Below, one piece after another: positions 1 to 11,116 of a stretch of 64,000 nt of DNA (its first letter is position 1; each line of letters begins with the position of its first letter). Both the position numbers and the translations under genes were made by a program. The stretch is from Vampirovibrionaceae bacterium NZW_1234 (GTDB taxonomy: Bacteria > Cyanobacteriota > Vampirovibrionia > Vampirovibrionales > JAGQHJ01): positions 64,001 to 128,000 of the forward strand of contig JBGUGD010000030.1 of NCBI GenBank assembly GCA_041697335.1, written 5' to 3'. Below the pieces are notes generated by a model. That model ran no database searches. It saw nothing but the letters and a program-made list of their open reading frames with translations, and was not told the origin of the DNA.

Positions 1-758
1 TGTTTTGGGTTATTGCTAGTCTTTACCAGCTTGATGCCCTCTTCAATCCGGCGTTTGAAACGATTTAGGAGGCCGCGAGAGACTCCTGATAAGGAACGGT
101 TGCCCATCACTTTATCAATAGCCTGGATTAAACCTTTGTGGTTCTGCTTGTTCTTGAGTAACGATACCAGGCGGTTGGAATCCAGGACCCGGTACATATT
201 CTCCAGTTCACTGTATTTAAACAGGGATTGGGTGTTCATCATCTGAATACCCCGAATGGGTTCGATGAGCCCCCGCGTAAGAACCCTTAAGAGGATGGGA
301 AAGCCCATAATCAGAATGGTAATGGTCGGGATATCCCGGAAGATAATGTCTCGAACTTCGCGCTTGTCTCCATTGCTGGCCCGTTTTAAGGCATGTTGCA
401 CCCTGCCACCCACCATGAAACCATAGGCCAGGACTAACATAACGCCAAGCGGAATCTCTGCCCCAAAGTGACCGATTTTGGGTAAAAAAGGCACTTCCTG
501 AAAGTCCATTGAGAAGAGTCGTTGGAAATAGCCTTGGCCGAAGAAACCTTTCACCGCTTTGGGAATGCGGTTGTCTAAAAACTTGCCCATGGCTTCGGGC
601 CAGCCAAAGAAGGGTTTAGAAGCCTTAGCCAGGGTGCTTTCAATGGCACCGGCTTGGATGCCTTTGCCGAAGCGAAGACTGCTTTCTGCCACTACTCGTT
701 TTGTGAGTGTTGTTTGGGCAGGGCGAATTTGAGAGGTTGCGCTCGGTGTGATATTCAT
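1..758 (-). CDS. Hypothetical membrane protein, type B (partial, runs off the left edge); paralog of 3958..4761
   Basis: Not in the ORF track; translated by hand. AGGAGG SD, then ATG at 758 overlapping the upstream stop (ATGA). Open to position 1: MNITPSATSQIRPAQTTLTKRVVAESSLRFG...GGRVQHALKRASNGDKREVRDIIFRDIPTITILIMG..., with hydrophobic segments. Confidence 0.8.
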   Translation of the reverse strand, partial: MNITPSATSQIRPAQTTLTKRVVAESSLRFGKGIQAGAIESTLAKASKPFFGWPEAMGKFLDNRIPKAVKGFFGQGYFQRLFSMDFQEVPFLPKIGHFGAEIPLGVMLVLAYGFMVGGRVQHALKRASNGDKREVRDIIFRDIPTITILIMGFPILLRVLTRGLIEPIRGIQMMNTQSLFKYSELENMYRVLDSNRLVSLLKNKQNHKGLIQAIDKVMGNRSLSGVSRGLLNRFKRRIEEGIKLVKTSNNPK

Positions 759-2140
759 GCCGAAACCTCCTTCCCGGCGTCAAAGAAAGAAACGGCAGTC
801 GATGTCTGCGTCGACTGCCGTAATTGACGCGATAAGATTTTTTGAGCCAAGTGGGACGGCAAACTGCCGGCAAATTTGGGTTGTTTTGCCGGACCTTCAG
901 GTGCCATGCCGTCTAAGCGGACTGTCCGGTTGGCTTCATAGGTTTTGCCGCGCTGGGCAATGGAGGAAATCCACAATAAGGTAAAGCCGGTCAGGAGTAA
1001 TGACGAGAGCGAGAGAATCAGCTTGGAGGACCGGGTCGATGTCAGCACTTTTTCGGCGGCTTTGTAGAAAACGTTGCGAATGTTGGGGGTACCGCTGACG
1101 CCCTTAAGATTCTTGCGAGCCACCTGAGTAATGTCTTCGGCATAAGGCTTAAATTTGCGCATGCACTCCATAAAGTGCTCTACCGACGTGGTGGCATGAT
1201 GGGCACCCTTGGGTAAGTTCAGGGTAATGTCATGCAGCTTGGCCGGGTTTTTGAAACGCAGGACTTTTTCATTAAAGTAAAAGGCAATACGGCTAAAGAT
1301 AGTCCGCATTTGCTGGGTTTGTTTGACAAACTCGGTATCAAACATCTTGCCTTTTTTCGGACTCATCTTGGACCAGCGCTCAATCCAGGCTGTGAGGGCT
1401 TCGCCGTAGGTTAGCTGGTTCAAACGGGCTTTACCTCCAGGCAAGGATTGGAGGAAGGCAACCAAGGCCTGATCTGATTTGGGAAGCGCGAGGGACGGCT
1501 TAATGCCGATAATGCGATTGAGGCCGTTTTGCTTGGTGAAGTGGCCTTTACCCTTCATCAGCAGGTTGTCCAGGAAGGTTTGAATCATTTTTTGATTGGC
1601 CTGGTCCAACTTCACGCTGCTGCTGAAATACCCTGTTTTTCGCAAGGCCTGAGACTTCATGGTTTCCATCAGTGCCGTATGGTAGGTCTTCAGGTCTGAG
1701 CTGCTTAACACCACACCTAAACGACCCAGCATTAGAGCCGAGCCAATGGCAAACATAACGGCAGGAACAATAAAGATACCTGGGCCGGTTTCGACTTCCC
1801 GCAAGGTTTCCTCAACACCATTCTTGTAGTTGAGGCCTTTGGTATTCATGTAAAGGCTATGCAGCAATTGTTCTAAAGGTTTTTTCTCGCGAATGCTCGG
1901 ATCTTCCTGCGGATCATAGGGAATACGCCCCCGACGCAGGGAGTTGATAACCCGGGGAATCCATAGCGCAATGACATCTTGTAAAAAGAAGTTCCAAACA
2001 AAGTTTTCCGTCGTCAGCTGGAAGAAGGATGCCGGTTGCAGCATCGGCATTAAGCCAAACTGAGGGCTTTTGGTTTGTGTTACCGTTGGTGCCGCAAGGC
2101 GCCCAGCAGACATGTGTATGGGTGGAGATTGAACTATCAT
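755..2140 (-). CDS. Hypothetical membrane protein, type A; paralog of 2564..3958
   Basis: Long ORF; start moved to ATG 2140 (GGGAG SD). Leader ends SPQFG. Motif DVIALWIPR...EETLRE..G; hydrophobic helices in the N-terminal third and near the C-terminus. Confidence 0.8.
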   Translation of the reverse strand: MIVQSPPIHMSAGRLAAPTVTQTKSPQFGLMPMLQPASFFQLTTENFVWNFFLQDVIALWIPRVINSLRRGRIPYDPQEDPSIREKKPLEQLLHSLYMNTKGLNYKNGVEETLREVETGPGIFIVPAVMFAIGSALMLGRLGVVLSSSDLKTYHTALMETMKSQALRKTGYFSSSVKLDQANQKMIQTFLDNLLMKGKGHFTKQNGLNRIIGIKPSLALPKSDQALVAFLQSLPGGKARLNQLTYGEALTAWIERWSKMSPKKGKMFDTEFVKQTQQMRTIFSRIAFYFNEKVLRFKNPAKLHDITLNLPKGAHHATTSVEHFMECMRKFKPYAEDITQVARKNLKGVSGTPNIRNVFYKAAEKVLTSTRSSKLILSLSSLLLTGFTLLWISSIAQRGKTYEANRTVRLDGMAPEGPAKQPKFAGSLPSHLAQKILSRQLRQSTQTSTAVSFFDAGKEVSA

Positions 2141-2563
2141 GGACTCCCGAAACCATCCATCGCATCGAATCATTCTGATAAAACCAAGTCAATAGTGCCG
2201 GTTGCTAAAATATGAATGAATATTAAGGCGAGCTATTGAAACCCTTCGGAAGGACTACAACTATAGCGAACTTGTTGCCCAAACACCAGCGTTTGGGCGT
2301 GGATCTGTGACATTTGTTAACGAGGGGGTCTATCTTGCAGATACCACTTCAGAAAAAACACTGATGCCAGTGCTGTCGAGGAGCCTACTTCCCATAGTGG
2401 TGAGCATCAGAGACGATTGCTTGTTTTAACTGTGAAATTAGGTATAGCCTCAGGCGTAACTATTTTGTTACAAAAGTCACTTTTTTGATGTCCTTTAGGC
2501 ATGATTGATGCTTGAGCTGTTTTAAAGGATGTAGTCATTTTTGTGTTGGGCAACCAATAGGTC

Positions 2564-3958
2564 ATGATTCGTCAAATCCCCCCTGCGCGCCTTTCCTTGC
2601 GAGAGGCCACACCGCCAATGGAACCACGAGATCCCAAAAAGGGACTTCGGGGTGCTTTTCGCTTTCAAGGGGTAAGTGCACCCAGCCTTGCCAGTAGTCT
2701 TATCGGCCAGGGGAGTTCTGGAAACTGGTACAACTGGGTTGTTAAAGGTCGTAATGTTCTTAGTACCATTGAGTCTGACCCGCTGATTGGCTTGGGGACC
2801 ACGGATTTAATGGGGATGGTTATTCCCCGGACCGGTATCGAGCTGAAAAAACGCGGGGCCATTCCGGCTCGAGAAACGTTCTTCCGGGAAATCACCGGCA
2901 CGATTACGAATACGTTTCTGGCAGGCTGGTTGGGCATTCTGGCAGTCATGCTCTTTAATGGAAAAATTACTAATCCCAAAGGGCTGGATATGCGGGCATG
3001 GATTGATAGTCCGAGCTTGGATGCTTATTCCAGTGTTCTAAAAGATATTTTCAAGCAAGATAAAATTACAACAGCTGATGATTTGCGGCGTGCCTTCTTG
3101 AAGAATGCCTTAGGTCGCCTGGAATCCACCGATAATGTCTGGAAATTGAAGCAATACAAGACCTACTGTAATGGTCGCTTGCCTCAAAAAGAGCTGGATT
3201 ATCTGGTTAATTGCTTCCTGGGTCGTCAAAAAGGCTTTGAATCTTTAGTCTTTAATGTTGAAGACGCTGTCAAAACCAAAATGAAACTGCCGCAATACCA
3301 GGCCGAAGTGCGTGAGGCCATGGCCGCTGCCAAAGAGGCTTTTATGCACAAGCTTGGCAATCAGCCCTTGACGAAAGCCCAGCAGATTTTATTGACTCGC
3401 GCCCGCATGGCCGCTCGGCGGGTTACCCTCAGTAACCAGGAGCGGATCCTAAGGCAATTGGAGTCTCAACGGCTTCGCCTATACGAAAAAACTTTTCTGG
3501 ATCGGGTTTATAACTTTGTCATTAACAAAGGTAAGCTTTCGGAAGAAGTCTTTTTTATGGATCGGGCCGCCAAAGGCACTCCTGTGTCCAGTATTGGCGT
3601 TAAAAACATCCGGGATCATTTGGCCAAAATCAAGCGCATGAGCGCGTTGCTGGATCATGCGCTGGTGGGTCAGGAGGCCAAGCTCAATCTGGCGGCTGTA
3701 GAGAAACGCTTGTTCGGCCAACTGCCTTCCAAAGGAGCAACAAACTGGTTTCAGCGCATGCTGATGCCGAATCGGGCCGAGGGGTTAATTCCCTATCTCT
3801 GTAAGTCGAAGTATTGGCTGGTTCTGTTGCCGGTTCTGGTGGCCGGGACCTTGGGCTGCTATATGGTGGTCATCAACAACTGGCTCACCAAGCTCAAGAC
3901 CGGTGGCAATGACTTTCCTGGTGAAAAGGCCCTGATGAGTTCGGGAGGAAAACACTAA
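2564..3958 (+). CDS. Hypothetical membrane protein, type A
   Basis: 464-aa ORF; leader ends AFRFQG. Motif DLMGMVIPR...RETFFRE..G; C-terminal hydrophobic helix; TAATG overlap with the next gene. Confidence 0.8.
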   Translation: MIRQIPPARLSLREATPPMEPRDPKKGLRGAFRFQGVSAPSLASSLIGQGSSGNWYNWVVKGRNVLSTIESDPLIGLGTTDLMGMVIPRTGIELKKRGAIPARETFFREITGTITNTFLAGWLGILAVMLFNGKITNPKGLDMRAWIDSPSLDAYSSVLKDIFKQDKITTADDLRRAFLKNALGRLESTDNVWKLKQYKTYCNGRLPQKELDYLVNCFLGRQKGFESLVFNVEDAVKTKMKLPQYQAEVREAMAAAKEAFMHKLGNQPLTKAQQILLTRARMAARRVTLSNQERILRQLESQRLRLYEKTFLDRVYNFVINKGKLSEEVFFMDRAAKGTPVSSIGVKNIRDHLAKIKRMSALLDHALVGQEAKLNLAAVEKRLFGQLPSKGATNWFQRMLMPNRAEGLIPYLCKSKYWLVLLPVLVAGTLGCYMVVINNWLTKLKTGGNDFPGEKALMSSGGKH

Positions 3959-4761
3959 TGGTTCACCTCTCGCCATTCAGCCCGGTCACTCGCCCGATAC
4001 CCCAAAAAGCTCCTCGTTTTGGACATTATCCGACCATGGGAATGTTGAATTTTCTGGATTTTAACAGTGTCGGTGCCTCTACCGTCGGGCAAAACAAGGT
4101 AATCTATGCGGCTGTTATTCTGTCTCGCTTAGCGAAAGCTCGTTCTGCCAATGAGTTTCGTGAAAACATCACTCGAGATGGTCTTGGCTGGTACAGTTGG
4201 TTTATGGGTGGCCCCCTTATGCAAACGGCTTTCGCCTTATGCATGGTGCCATTGGTCTGTAAGGCTGCACAACCCTTAATGATCACCCGCCTGAATCAGA
4301 AAGCCAACGTCGGCAAGAAAATTCTGTACACTCTTTTTAGCCCCTCCAGCTTGTGGTTGCTGGCTACAGACAAGCAATTGCATCAGCGTAAGGAACAAGT
4401 TCTGCAGGGCATGAAGGCCTCAAAGGCTGTGGCTGCTTCGCAACTCCAGCGAACAGCGAATTTGTTTGAGCGCACGATTAATTTGCGTTCTCTGACGTCG
4501 CTCTTTGGTATCGCCTTTACTATCTTCCTCCTGGGCTTTGTCATCAACCTGGTCAATATCGCCTTGACCCGGGCCAATGTGCGTAAAAAAGACCAGGAGA
4601 AACAGATGCAGTCCCAACAGTCCTCAGGCTTCAAGGCCAATGTCAACGCCGAGAAACTGCTTGATGTGCTCCAGCGCCGACTAGATACTTGGCAGCAAGA
4701 ACAAAATGCCAAGGCAACACCCTTTAAGTCTTCCTACCACGGATTTATGCAGCGGGTTTAA
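3958..4761 (+). CDS. Hypothetical membrane protein, type B
   Basis: 267-aa ORF; leader ends APRFG. Motif SRLAKARSANEFRENITRD; hydrophobic helices. Confidence 0.8.
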   Translation: MVHLSPFSPVTRPIPQKAPRFGHYPTMGMLNFLDFNSVGASTVGQNKVIYAAVILSRLAKARSANEFRENITRDGLGWYSWFMGGPLMQTAFALCMVPLVCKAAQPLMITRLNQKANVGKKILYTLFSPSSLWLLATDKQLHQRKEQVLQGMKASKAVAASQLQRTANLFERTINLRSLTSLFGIAFTIFLLGFVINLVNIALTRANVRKKDQEKQMQSQQSSGFKANVNAEKLLDVLQRRLDTWQQEQNAKATPFKSSYHGFMQRV

Positions 4762-4778
4762 GCTTGCCCAAGTAAAAT

Positions 4779-5786
4779 TTAGGAATTCAGTTTGCTGCGC
4801 TCTTCGCTAGAGGGGGTATGAGCTTCTTTTAGTGAACTCTTTGGACTGGCCTTGGAAAAAAATTTCTGAAACAACTCGGTTGAAAGCAGCTCGGTGAAGG
4901 GTGTAACTCGTTTTTGTCCGGGCTGGGTGCTGGCTGTTAAGCCCATAGCCATGTCCAACTGTCGTTTCAGCTCGTCTGTGTTGGGCATCTTTTGGATGGT
5001 CCCATTGTAGACCAGCGAAATATTGCCGGTTTCCTCGGAAACAACAATGCAGCGGCTGTCTGAAATTTCGCTTAACCCGACGGCGGCTCGGTGCCGGGTG
5101 CCATATTTCCAGCTTAAGTTGGGATCCTCAGACAACGGGAGTAACACGCCGGCTGCTTTAATCCGATTGTCGCTGGGGTTAATGATGATGGCGCCGTCAT
5201 GAAGGGGAGTATTCGGGTGAAAAATGGTCAGTAGGAGTTCGGTGCTTAGGCGGGCATCCAAGCGGGTGCCTGCTTCTAGATAATTGCCACCCAAACCGCT
5301 CGTGCTTTCCAGGACAATCAAGGCTCCGGTTTTGGTTTTGCTCAATAGGCGAACTGACTCCACCAGTTCATGAACCAGGTAAGCTGCATCTTTTTCTTTG
5401 CCCCCCGGGAGTAAGGAAGAGCGGTTGAAGAGATCCGGCTGTCCCAGATAGACGAGCAGTCGCCGCAATTCCGGCTGAAAGAGAATGATAAAGCCAATAA
5501 TACTGATTTGAAGAATGGCTTGCAGAATACCGCTGATGATGGTGAGGTTGAAAATGCCGGCCAGTAGATAAAAGGCCAACACGACGGCGACGCCTTTGAG
5601 CAATTGCGCTACATAGGTGCCATGAATCTTGAAATAGAACCAGGAAACCAAGACAAACACCAGCAGAAACTGCAAGGGGATTTTCCACATCAGATACTGT
5701 GCCGCGAGAAACTGGCCCCACTCAGACCACGGGATTGTTGCAAGCAGCCAATTGCTCATGATGGGCATATCTATGGGCTTTACCAT
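4779..5786 (-). CDS. cdaA: Diadenylate cyclase CdaA (membrane-bound, DisA_N domain)
   Basis: N-terminal TM helices, FQPELRR, PLHDGA, GTRHRAA and VVSEETG motifs. Confidence 0.93.
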   Translation of the reverse strand: MVKPIDMPIMSNWLLATIPWSEWGQFLAAQYLMWKIPLQFLLVFVLVSWFYFKIHGTYVAQLLKGVAVVLAFYLLAGIFNLTIISGILQAILQISIIGFIILFQPELRRLLVYLGQPDLFNRSSLLPGGKEKDAAYLVHELVESVRLLSKTKTGALIVLESTSGLGGNYLEAGTRLDARLSTELLLTIFHPNTPLHDGAIIINPSDNRIKAAGVLLPLSEDPNLSWKYGTRHRAAVGLSEISDSRCIVVSEETGNISLVYNGTIQKMPNTDELKRQLDMAMGLTASTQPGQKRVTPFTELLSTELFQKFFSKASPKSSLKEAHTPSSEERSKLNS

Positions 5787-5957
5787 TCCTTAATTCACAA
5801 TTCGGGGTGAACCCGGTGTGATGTTCAATCACCCGCGTTACTGCATCTCAACGACACCACCCACCCTGTACTTTAATCATTGTAACAGGATTGTGTGCTG
5901 GATAAAAGCGCTTTTGGAATGTCTCAACCAAATAAAGCAGGTGATGAGACAAAGAGC

Positions 5958-6968
5958 CTAACAGGCGGCCATATTCGCTTCTTTAATCGCCTTGGTCAAG
6001 GCCGGGACAATCTCAAAGACATCGCCCACAATACCAAAGTCGGCAATGTCAAAGATAGGTGCGTCCCCATCCTTATTAATGGCAATGATGGTTTTGCTCG
6101 AACTCATGCCGACCTGATGCTGAATGGCACCCGAAATCCCGAGAGCCACATACAATTGCGGACTAACGGTCTTGCCGGTTTGACCCACTTGCTCGGCATG
6201 TGGACGCCATCCGGCATCAACTACAGCTCGGGAAGCGCCTACCGCTGCGCCTAAGGCTTCCGCTAACCCCTCGACGAGAGGGAAGTTCTCGGGACCTTTT
6301 AAGCCACGCCCACCTGAAACAACAATTTCGGCCTCTTCCAGCTTTTTGCCGGTTTTGGTTTCGCCTTTCACTCGTTGCGTGAGTTTGGTATGGGCCATGT
6401 CAGCGGACAGATCCGGTGTGGCAGTTTCCAAAGCTGCGCTGGCACCTGAATCGGGTTTGGCTTTGGCAAACGCTTTGGCCCGGAGGCTGACCATTTGAGG
6501 GCGGGTGGCTGTATGAACCACGGCTCTCATGTTCTCGCCATAAGTCGGACGCGTGATTTCCAACTGTCCATTGGCGCCAAAGGCCAAATCAATGGCATCC
6601 GGGGCCAAGCCAGCTTGTACACGAACGGCAACCCGAGGCAAGAAGTCTCGGGTGGTCGAGGTGGATCCGGCCAACACAATTTGAGGTTGTTGAGCCCCAA
6701 TGGCATCGGCCAGGGCCTTTGTATACAGCTCCACTTGGTATTGCTCCAGGAGATCATGCTTCAAGGCCAGGACCTTCGTAGCCCCGTATTGGCCCAGCAG
6801 GTTCTGAGCTTGACTGAGGTCGGTATTGCTGCCTGCCAGAACCACGGCTGTGATGTCGGCAGGATTGGCAGCGGCTAATTTCTGTGCCGCGGATAAGGCT
6901 TCTAATGAAATATCCAATGGGGCGCCGGATTCGGAGAGTTCGGCTACCACCCAGATTGCATTTGTCAT
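5958..6968 (-). CDS. etfA: Electron transfer flavoprotein subunit alpha
   Basis: VVSGGRG, GASRAVVDAGW, QVGQTGK, GISGAIQH and AINKD FAD-binding motifs. Confidence 0.96.
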   Translation of the reverse strand: MTNAIWVVAELSESGAPLDISLEALSAAQKLAAANPADITAVVLAGSNTDLSQAQNLLGQYGATKVLALKHDLLEQYQVELYTKALADAIGAQQPQIVLAGSTSTTRDFLPRVAVRVQAGLAPDAIDLAFGANGQLEITRPTYGENMRAVVHTATRPQMVSLRAKAFAKAKPDSGASAALETATPDLSADMAHTKLTQRVKGETKTGKKLEEAEIVVSGGRGLKGPENFPLVEGLAEALGAAVGASRAVVDAGWRPHAEQVGQTGKTVSPQLYVALGISGAIQHQVGMSSSKTIIAINKDGDAPIFDIADFGIVGDVFEIVPALTKAIKEANMAAC

Positions 6969-6996
6969 AATCGTGCGTCTCCCTTAATTCACAATC

Positions 6997-7788
6997 TTAA
7001 ACGAGTTTTTGTTCCCGAAGGAAGCTCATCAGTTGGCTGACGGCCGCTTGGGCATCGGACCCATCGATTTTACGGCCGCCTTCTTTTTTGGGTCGACGAT
7101 ACAACTTGGTGACTTCCACACGTGCCCCTTTGGCTCCAATCTGCTCGTCAGACAGACCCAGGGCTGCTTTGTCCAGGGTGGGGATTTCAGTTCGGTTGGC
7201 TTTCATAACCCCTTTAATCGCGGGGATACGCGGTTCGTAGTCACATTTCATAACGCAGACGACGCCGGGCAAGGTCATGTCGTAATGCTCCGAACCCCGT
7301 TCGGTTTCCCGTTCAACACTCAGGGTGGTTGCATCTTTCAGTTCGGCTTTTTTGCAGAAGGTAATGCTGGGAACACCCAACAATTCGGCTAAGGCTGGTC
7401 CGGTCACCCCACTCATGCTGTCGGTAGCAAATTGGCCCAGCAGCAAAACGTTAAAGTTCGGCACGTGCTTTCTAATGCCAGCGGCCAAGGTTTGGGCTGT
7501 GGCCCAGGGGTCGGCACCGTTAAAAGCATCGTCTTGCAGCAATACGGCGTCATCACACCCCATGGCAATGGCACGTTTCAAGATGTCTTTGGCTTGAGGG
7601 CCTCCCATGCATATGGCGGTCAAGGTGGCTCCTTCATGTGCCTCTTTCATGCGGATGGCGGTTTCAACAGCATATTCGCAAAACGGGTTCATGACCCATT
7701 CTAAATTGTCTTGTGCGAGGTTATCCTGGGCATCGTATTTGAGATGCGCGGTGTCAGGAACATGTTTGATGCAAACCACAATATTCAT
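6997..7788 (-). CDS. etfB: Electron transfer flavoprotein subunit beta
   Basis: MNIVVCIKHVPD, MNPFCEYAVE, AMGCD, EPRIP; adjacent to etfA. Confidence 0.96.
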   Translation of the reverse strand: MNIVVCIKHVPDTAHLKYDAQDNLAQDNLEWVMNPFCEYAVETAIRMKEAHEGATLTAICMGGPQAKDILKRAIAMGCDDAVLLQDDAFNGADPWATAQTLAAGIRKHVPNFNVLLLGQFATDSMSGVTGPALAELLGVPSITFCKKAELKDATTLSVERETERGSEHYDMTLPGVVCVMKCDYEPRIPAIKGVMKANRTEIPTLDKAALGLSDEQIGAKGARVEVTKLYRRPKKEGGRKIDGSDAQAAVSQLMSFLREQKLV

Positions 7789-7961
7789 TTGCGTTCACCC
7801 TTCCTTAAAACAAACCAATAACGCCTATGGAGAGAGGATCCCTCACACTGTAGGAAAAAAACAAATTCCTCGCAACCACGCCTGGCCAATAGTCATTGTA
7901 TCTGTCATGTGCTTAGAATGAAGGTGATCTTAGGGTGTTGTCAGCAATGTTGGAGCTGTGG

Positions 7962-8399
7962 ATGATGCATGTTTTGTTGCCAGTAGATGGGTCTGCTCTC
8001 TCTCAGGAAACCGTTCGTTGGGTCTGTGACATGATGAACCCGACAACCACACGGTTTTCTCTCTTAACGGTTATTCCTGAGGTCTTGGCTGAATTGCCCG
8101 TTGATGCGGTGCAGGTGGATGATGCCCTGGCAATTTTGAACGTTTACGAGAATATGATTGATAATGCTGGCTATGAAGTGGTTCATGCCGATTATATGAT
8201 TGGGAATCCGGTTGAGTCGATTTGCCGCTATGCCGATGAGCATCAGGTTGATCAGATCTTTATGGGGTCTCATGGGCGTAGTGCTTTGGGGCGCTTTGTT
8301 TTCGGCAGCGTTAGCTCTGGCGTTTTCAAACATGCTAACAGGCCGGTTTTTGTCCATCGAAACATGGAAGCCAAAACGCTTTCGTCTGCAATGGGATGA
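7962..8399 (+). CDS. Universal stress protein (UspA family)
   Basis: VLLPVDGS...MGSHGRS...FGSVS...PVFV; start moved to the ATG after GGAG. Confidence 0.9.
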   Translation: MMHVLLPVDGSALSQETVRWVCDMMNPTTTRFSLLTVIPEVLAELPVDAVQVDDALAILNVYENMIDNAGYEVVHADYMIGNPVESICRYADEHQVDQIFMGSHGRSALGRFVFGSVSSGVFKHANRPVFVHRNMEAKTLSSAMG

Positions 8400-8856
8400 C
8401 TGTCTGCTGTAGGCGGGTCGATCTGGTGATTTGTAACAAAATTTTGCACCTTGTGTGTTTCCCTATAATGGCTGGGCATGTTGGATCCGCCTTTGGGTTT
8501 TATTGGCATATTCCATGCTTTTGAGGTATCCATAGTATACGGACGGTCTTCATGGCAGACCATCTGTTTCCCACTCGACCCCAAATGGACTGTTTGCACC
8601 GATGCACACTGTCTTTTCCTTATTAAAGCCTCGATGATTGATTCGTGATGAATCAGAATTCAAACCTTTACGTTTACGTTAAGGTAAGATATGATAAAAG
8701 TGGTCACGCATCGTCATACCCTATGTCAGTCAAATTTGGATTCAAACTCGAATTGTTGTATAACTGCAGTCAGCATGGGCCTGTATTATAGCTAGCCCAA
8801 AAGCCCGGACTCAAAAGACATCAATCGATGGAATCCCCACCAAGAGGAACGCCGCT

Positions 8857-10299
8857 GTGAGTACGTTTGAAACGATTGCGAATCAGGAGTACAAATACGG
8901 ATTTCAGACCCAGATTGAATCGGAAGTGATTCCCAAAGGGCTCACCGAAGAGACCATTCGTCTGATTTCGGCGAAAAAGAAAGAGCCTGCTTTTCTCTTG
9001 GAATTTCGCTTGAACGCGTTTCGGCAATGGCAAAAAATGCAGGAACCCCACTGGGTGGAAGCCAACTACCCGCCCATCGATTATCAAGACATCATTTATT
9101 ATGCTGCTCCCAAGCCGAAGAACAAGCCCAAAAGCTTAGATGAGGTGGACCCGGAGCTACTGCGCACCTTTGATAAATTAGGAATTTCTCTCACCGAGCA
9201 AAAGCGGCTGACCGGTGTGCCCATTGCCGTGGATGCTGTCTTTGATAGTGTATCGGTGGCGACCACTTTTAAAAAAGATTTGCTCAAACACGGCATTATC
9301 TTTTGTTCGTTTTCTGAAGCCGTGCAGGAATACCCGGAGTTGGTGGAAAAATACCTCGGCAGCGTCGTGCCGGTGACTGATAATTTTTATGCTGCCTTAA
9401 ATTCGGCGGTGTTTACCGACGGCTCTTTCTGCTACATTCCGCCCAACACGGTGTGTCCCATGGATCTGTCCACCTACTTTCGGATCAATACGGAAGGTTC
9501 GGGGCAGTTTGAACGCACGTTGATTGTGTGTGATGCCAACTCCAAGGTTAGCTATCTGGAAGGCTGCACGGCACCCATGTTTGATACCAACCAGCTGCAT
9601 GCGGCTGTCGTGGAACTGGTTGCCTTGGATAACGCCGAAATTAAATACTCCACGGTTCAGAACTGGTATGCTGGCGACCCCAAAACCGGTAAGGGCGGGA
9701 TTTATAACTTCGTCACCAAGCGCGGAAAATGTCTGGGTGAAAATTCCCATATTTCCTGGACCCAGGTTGAAACCGGCTCGGCCATTACCTGGAAGTACCC
9801 CAGCTGTATTCTGGTGGGAGACAACTCGAAAGGTGAATTCTACTCGGTGGCCCTGACCAACAATCTGCAGCAGGCCGATACCGGGACCAAGATGGTGCAT
9901 ATCGGGAAAAATACTACCAGTACCATTATTTCTAAAGGGATCTCTGCCGGTAAATCCCAAAATTCCTACCGTGGGCTTGTGCAAATACAAAAATCCGCAA
10001 CCGGGGCCAAGAATTTCACCCAATGTGACTCGATGCTGATTGGTTCGGAATGCTCTGCCAATACGTTTCCGGTCATCGATGTGCGGAACAGCTCAGCCCA
10101 TGTGGGACATGAAGCCACGACGGCCAAAATCACCGAGGATCAGCTTTTTTACTTCCACCAGCGTGGTATTAGCTCTGAAGATGCGATGTCGGCCATCATT
10201 AACGGCTTCTGCAAAGATGTCTTCAAAGAGCTGCCCGGCGAATTTGCTGTGGAAGCCACCCGATTGCTCGGGTTGAAACTGGAAAACAGTGTGGGGTAA
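8857..10299 (+). CDS. sufB: Fe-S cluster assembly protein SufB
   Basis: [46 protein letters not shown]. Confidence 0.97.
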   Translation: MSTFETIANQEYKYGFQTQIESEVIPKGLTEETIRLISAKKKEPAFLLEFRLNAFRQWQKMQEPHWVEANYPPIDYQDIIYYAAPKPKNKPKSLDEVDPELLRTFDKLGISLTEQKRLTGVPIAVDAVFDSVSVATTFKKDLLKHGIIFCSFSEAVQEYPELVEKYLGSVVPVTDNFYAALNSAVFTDGSFCYIPPNTVCPMDLSTYFRINTEGSGQFERTLIVCDANSKVSYLEGCTAPMFDTNQLHAAVVELVALDNAEIKYSTVQNWYAGDPKTGKGGIYNFVTKRGKCLGENSHISWTQVETGSAITWKYPSCILVGDNSKGEFYSVALTNNLQQADTGTKMVHIGKNTTSTIISKGISAGKSQNSYRGLVQIQKSATGAKNFTQCDSMLIGSECSANTFPVIDVRNSSAHVGHEATTAKITEDQLFYFHQRGISSEDAMSAIINGFCKDVFKELPGEFAVEATRLLGLKLENSVG

Positions 10300-10344
10300 C
10301 GACCGCGTTTATCAGCAGACCACCAACCAAGGAGACTGGAACCT

Positions 10345-11103
10345 GTGTTAGAAATTCGAGACGTATACGCCCGTGTCGACGAGAAAGAAATCCTCAAGGG
10401 GATTTCCTTAACCATTAATCCGGGTGAGATTCATGCCATTATGGGCCCCAATGGTTCAGGCAAAAGTACCTTAGCCAAAGTTATTGCTGGGCACCCGGCT
10501 TTCAGTGTGACCAGTGGAGATATTGTGTTTGAAGGTCAAAGCATTTTGGAAGATGATCCCGAAGACAGAGCCCGTAAAGGCTTGTTTTTGGCTTTCCAGT
10601 ACCCGATTGAAGTGCCTGGGGTCAATAATGCGAACTTCTTGCGGATGGCCTATAATGCCAAACGCGCCTATGAAGGCAAGGACGAGCTGGATCCGCTGGA
10701 ATTCCAAGACCTCCTAGATGAAAAGCTGAAGCTTGTGGAAATGGATCCGAGCTTTACCGACCGGGCCGTGAATGCCGGGTTTTCGGGCGGCGAAAAAAAG
10801 AAGAATGAAATATTACAGATGGCCGTTCTTGAGCCTAAAGTCAGCATTTTGGATGAAATTGACTCTGGCCTTGACATTGATGCATTGCGTGAGGTTGCCA
10901 ATGGCGTTAATAAGCTGATGTCTCCTGAAAAAGCCGTGGTCATGGTGACACACTACCAGCGTTTGTTGAATTACATCCAGCCGGATTATGTGCATGTTCT
11001 CTCGGAAGGCCGAATTATCAAGTCCGGTGGTAAAGAGTTGGCCTTGCAGCTGGAAGAACGCGGCTATGATTGGGTGATTGCGCAGCAAGCTGCCGAGGTA
11101 TAA
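10345..11103 (+). CDS. sufC: Fe-S cluster assembly ATPase SufC
   Basis: [37 protein letters not shown]. Confidence 0.97.
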   Translation: MLEIRDVYARVDEKEILKGISLTINPGEIHAIMGPNGSGKSTLAKVIAGHPAFSVTSGDIVFEGQSILEDDPEDRARKGLFLAFQYPIEVPGVNNANFLRMAYNAKRAYEGKDELDPLEFQDLLDEKLKLVEMDPSFTDRAVNAGFSGGEKKKNEILQMAVLEPKVSILDEIDSGLDIDALREVANGVNKLMSPEKAVVMVTHYQRLLNYIQPDYVHVLSEGRIIKSGGKELALQLEERGYDWVIAQQAAEV

Positions 11104-11116
11104 GGGGATGTTGACC

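Noticed and set aside
8400..8856. SufR/IscR/Fur operator upstream of sufB
   Set aside because: Only short inverted repeats (e.g. TGATTC-N5-GAATCA) with no convincing consensus match, and no adjacent regulator gene.
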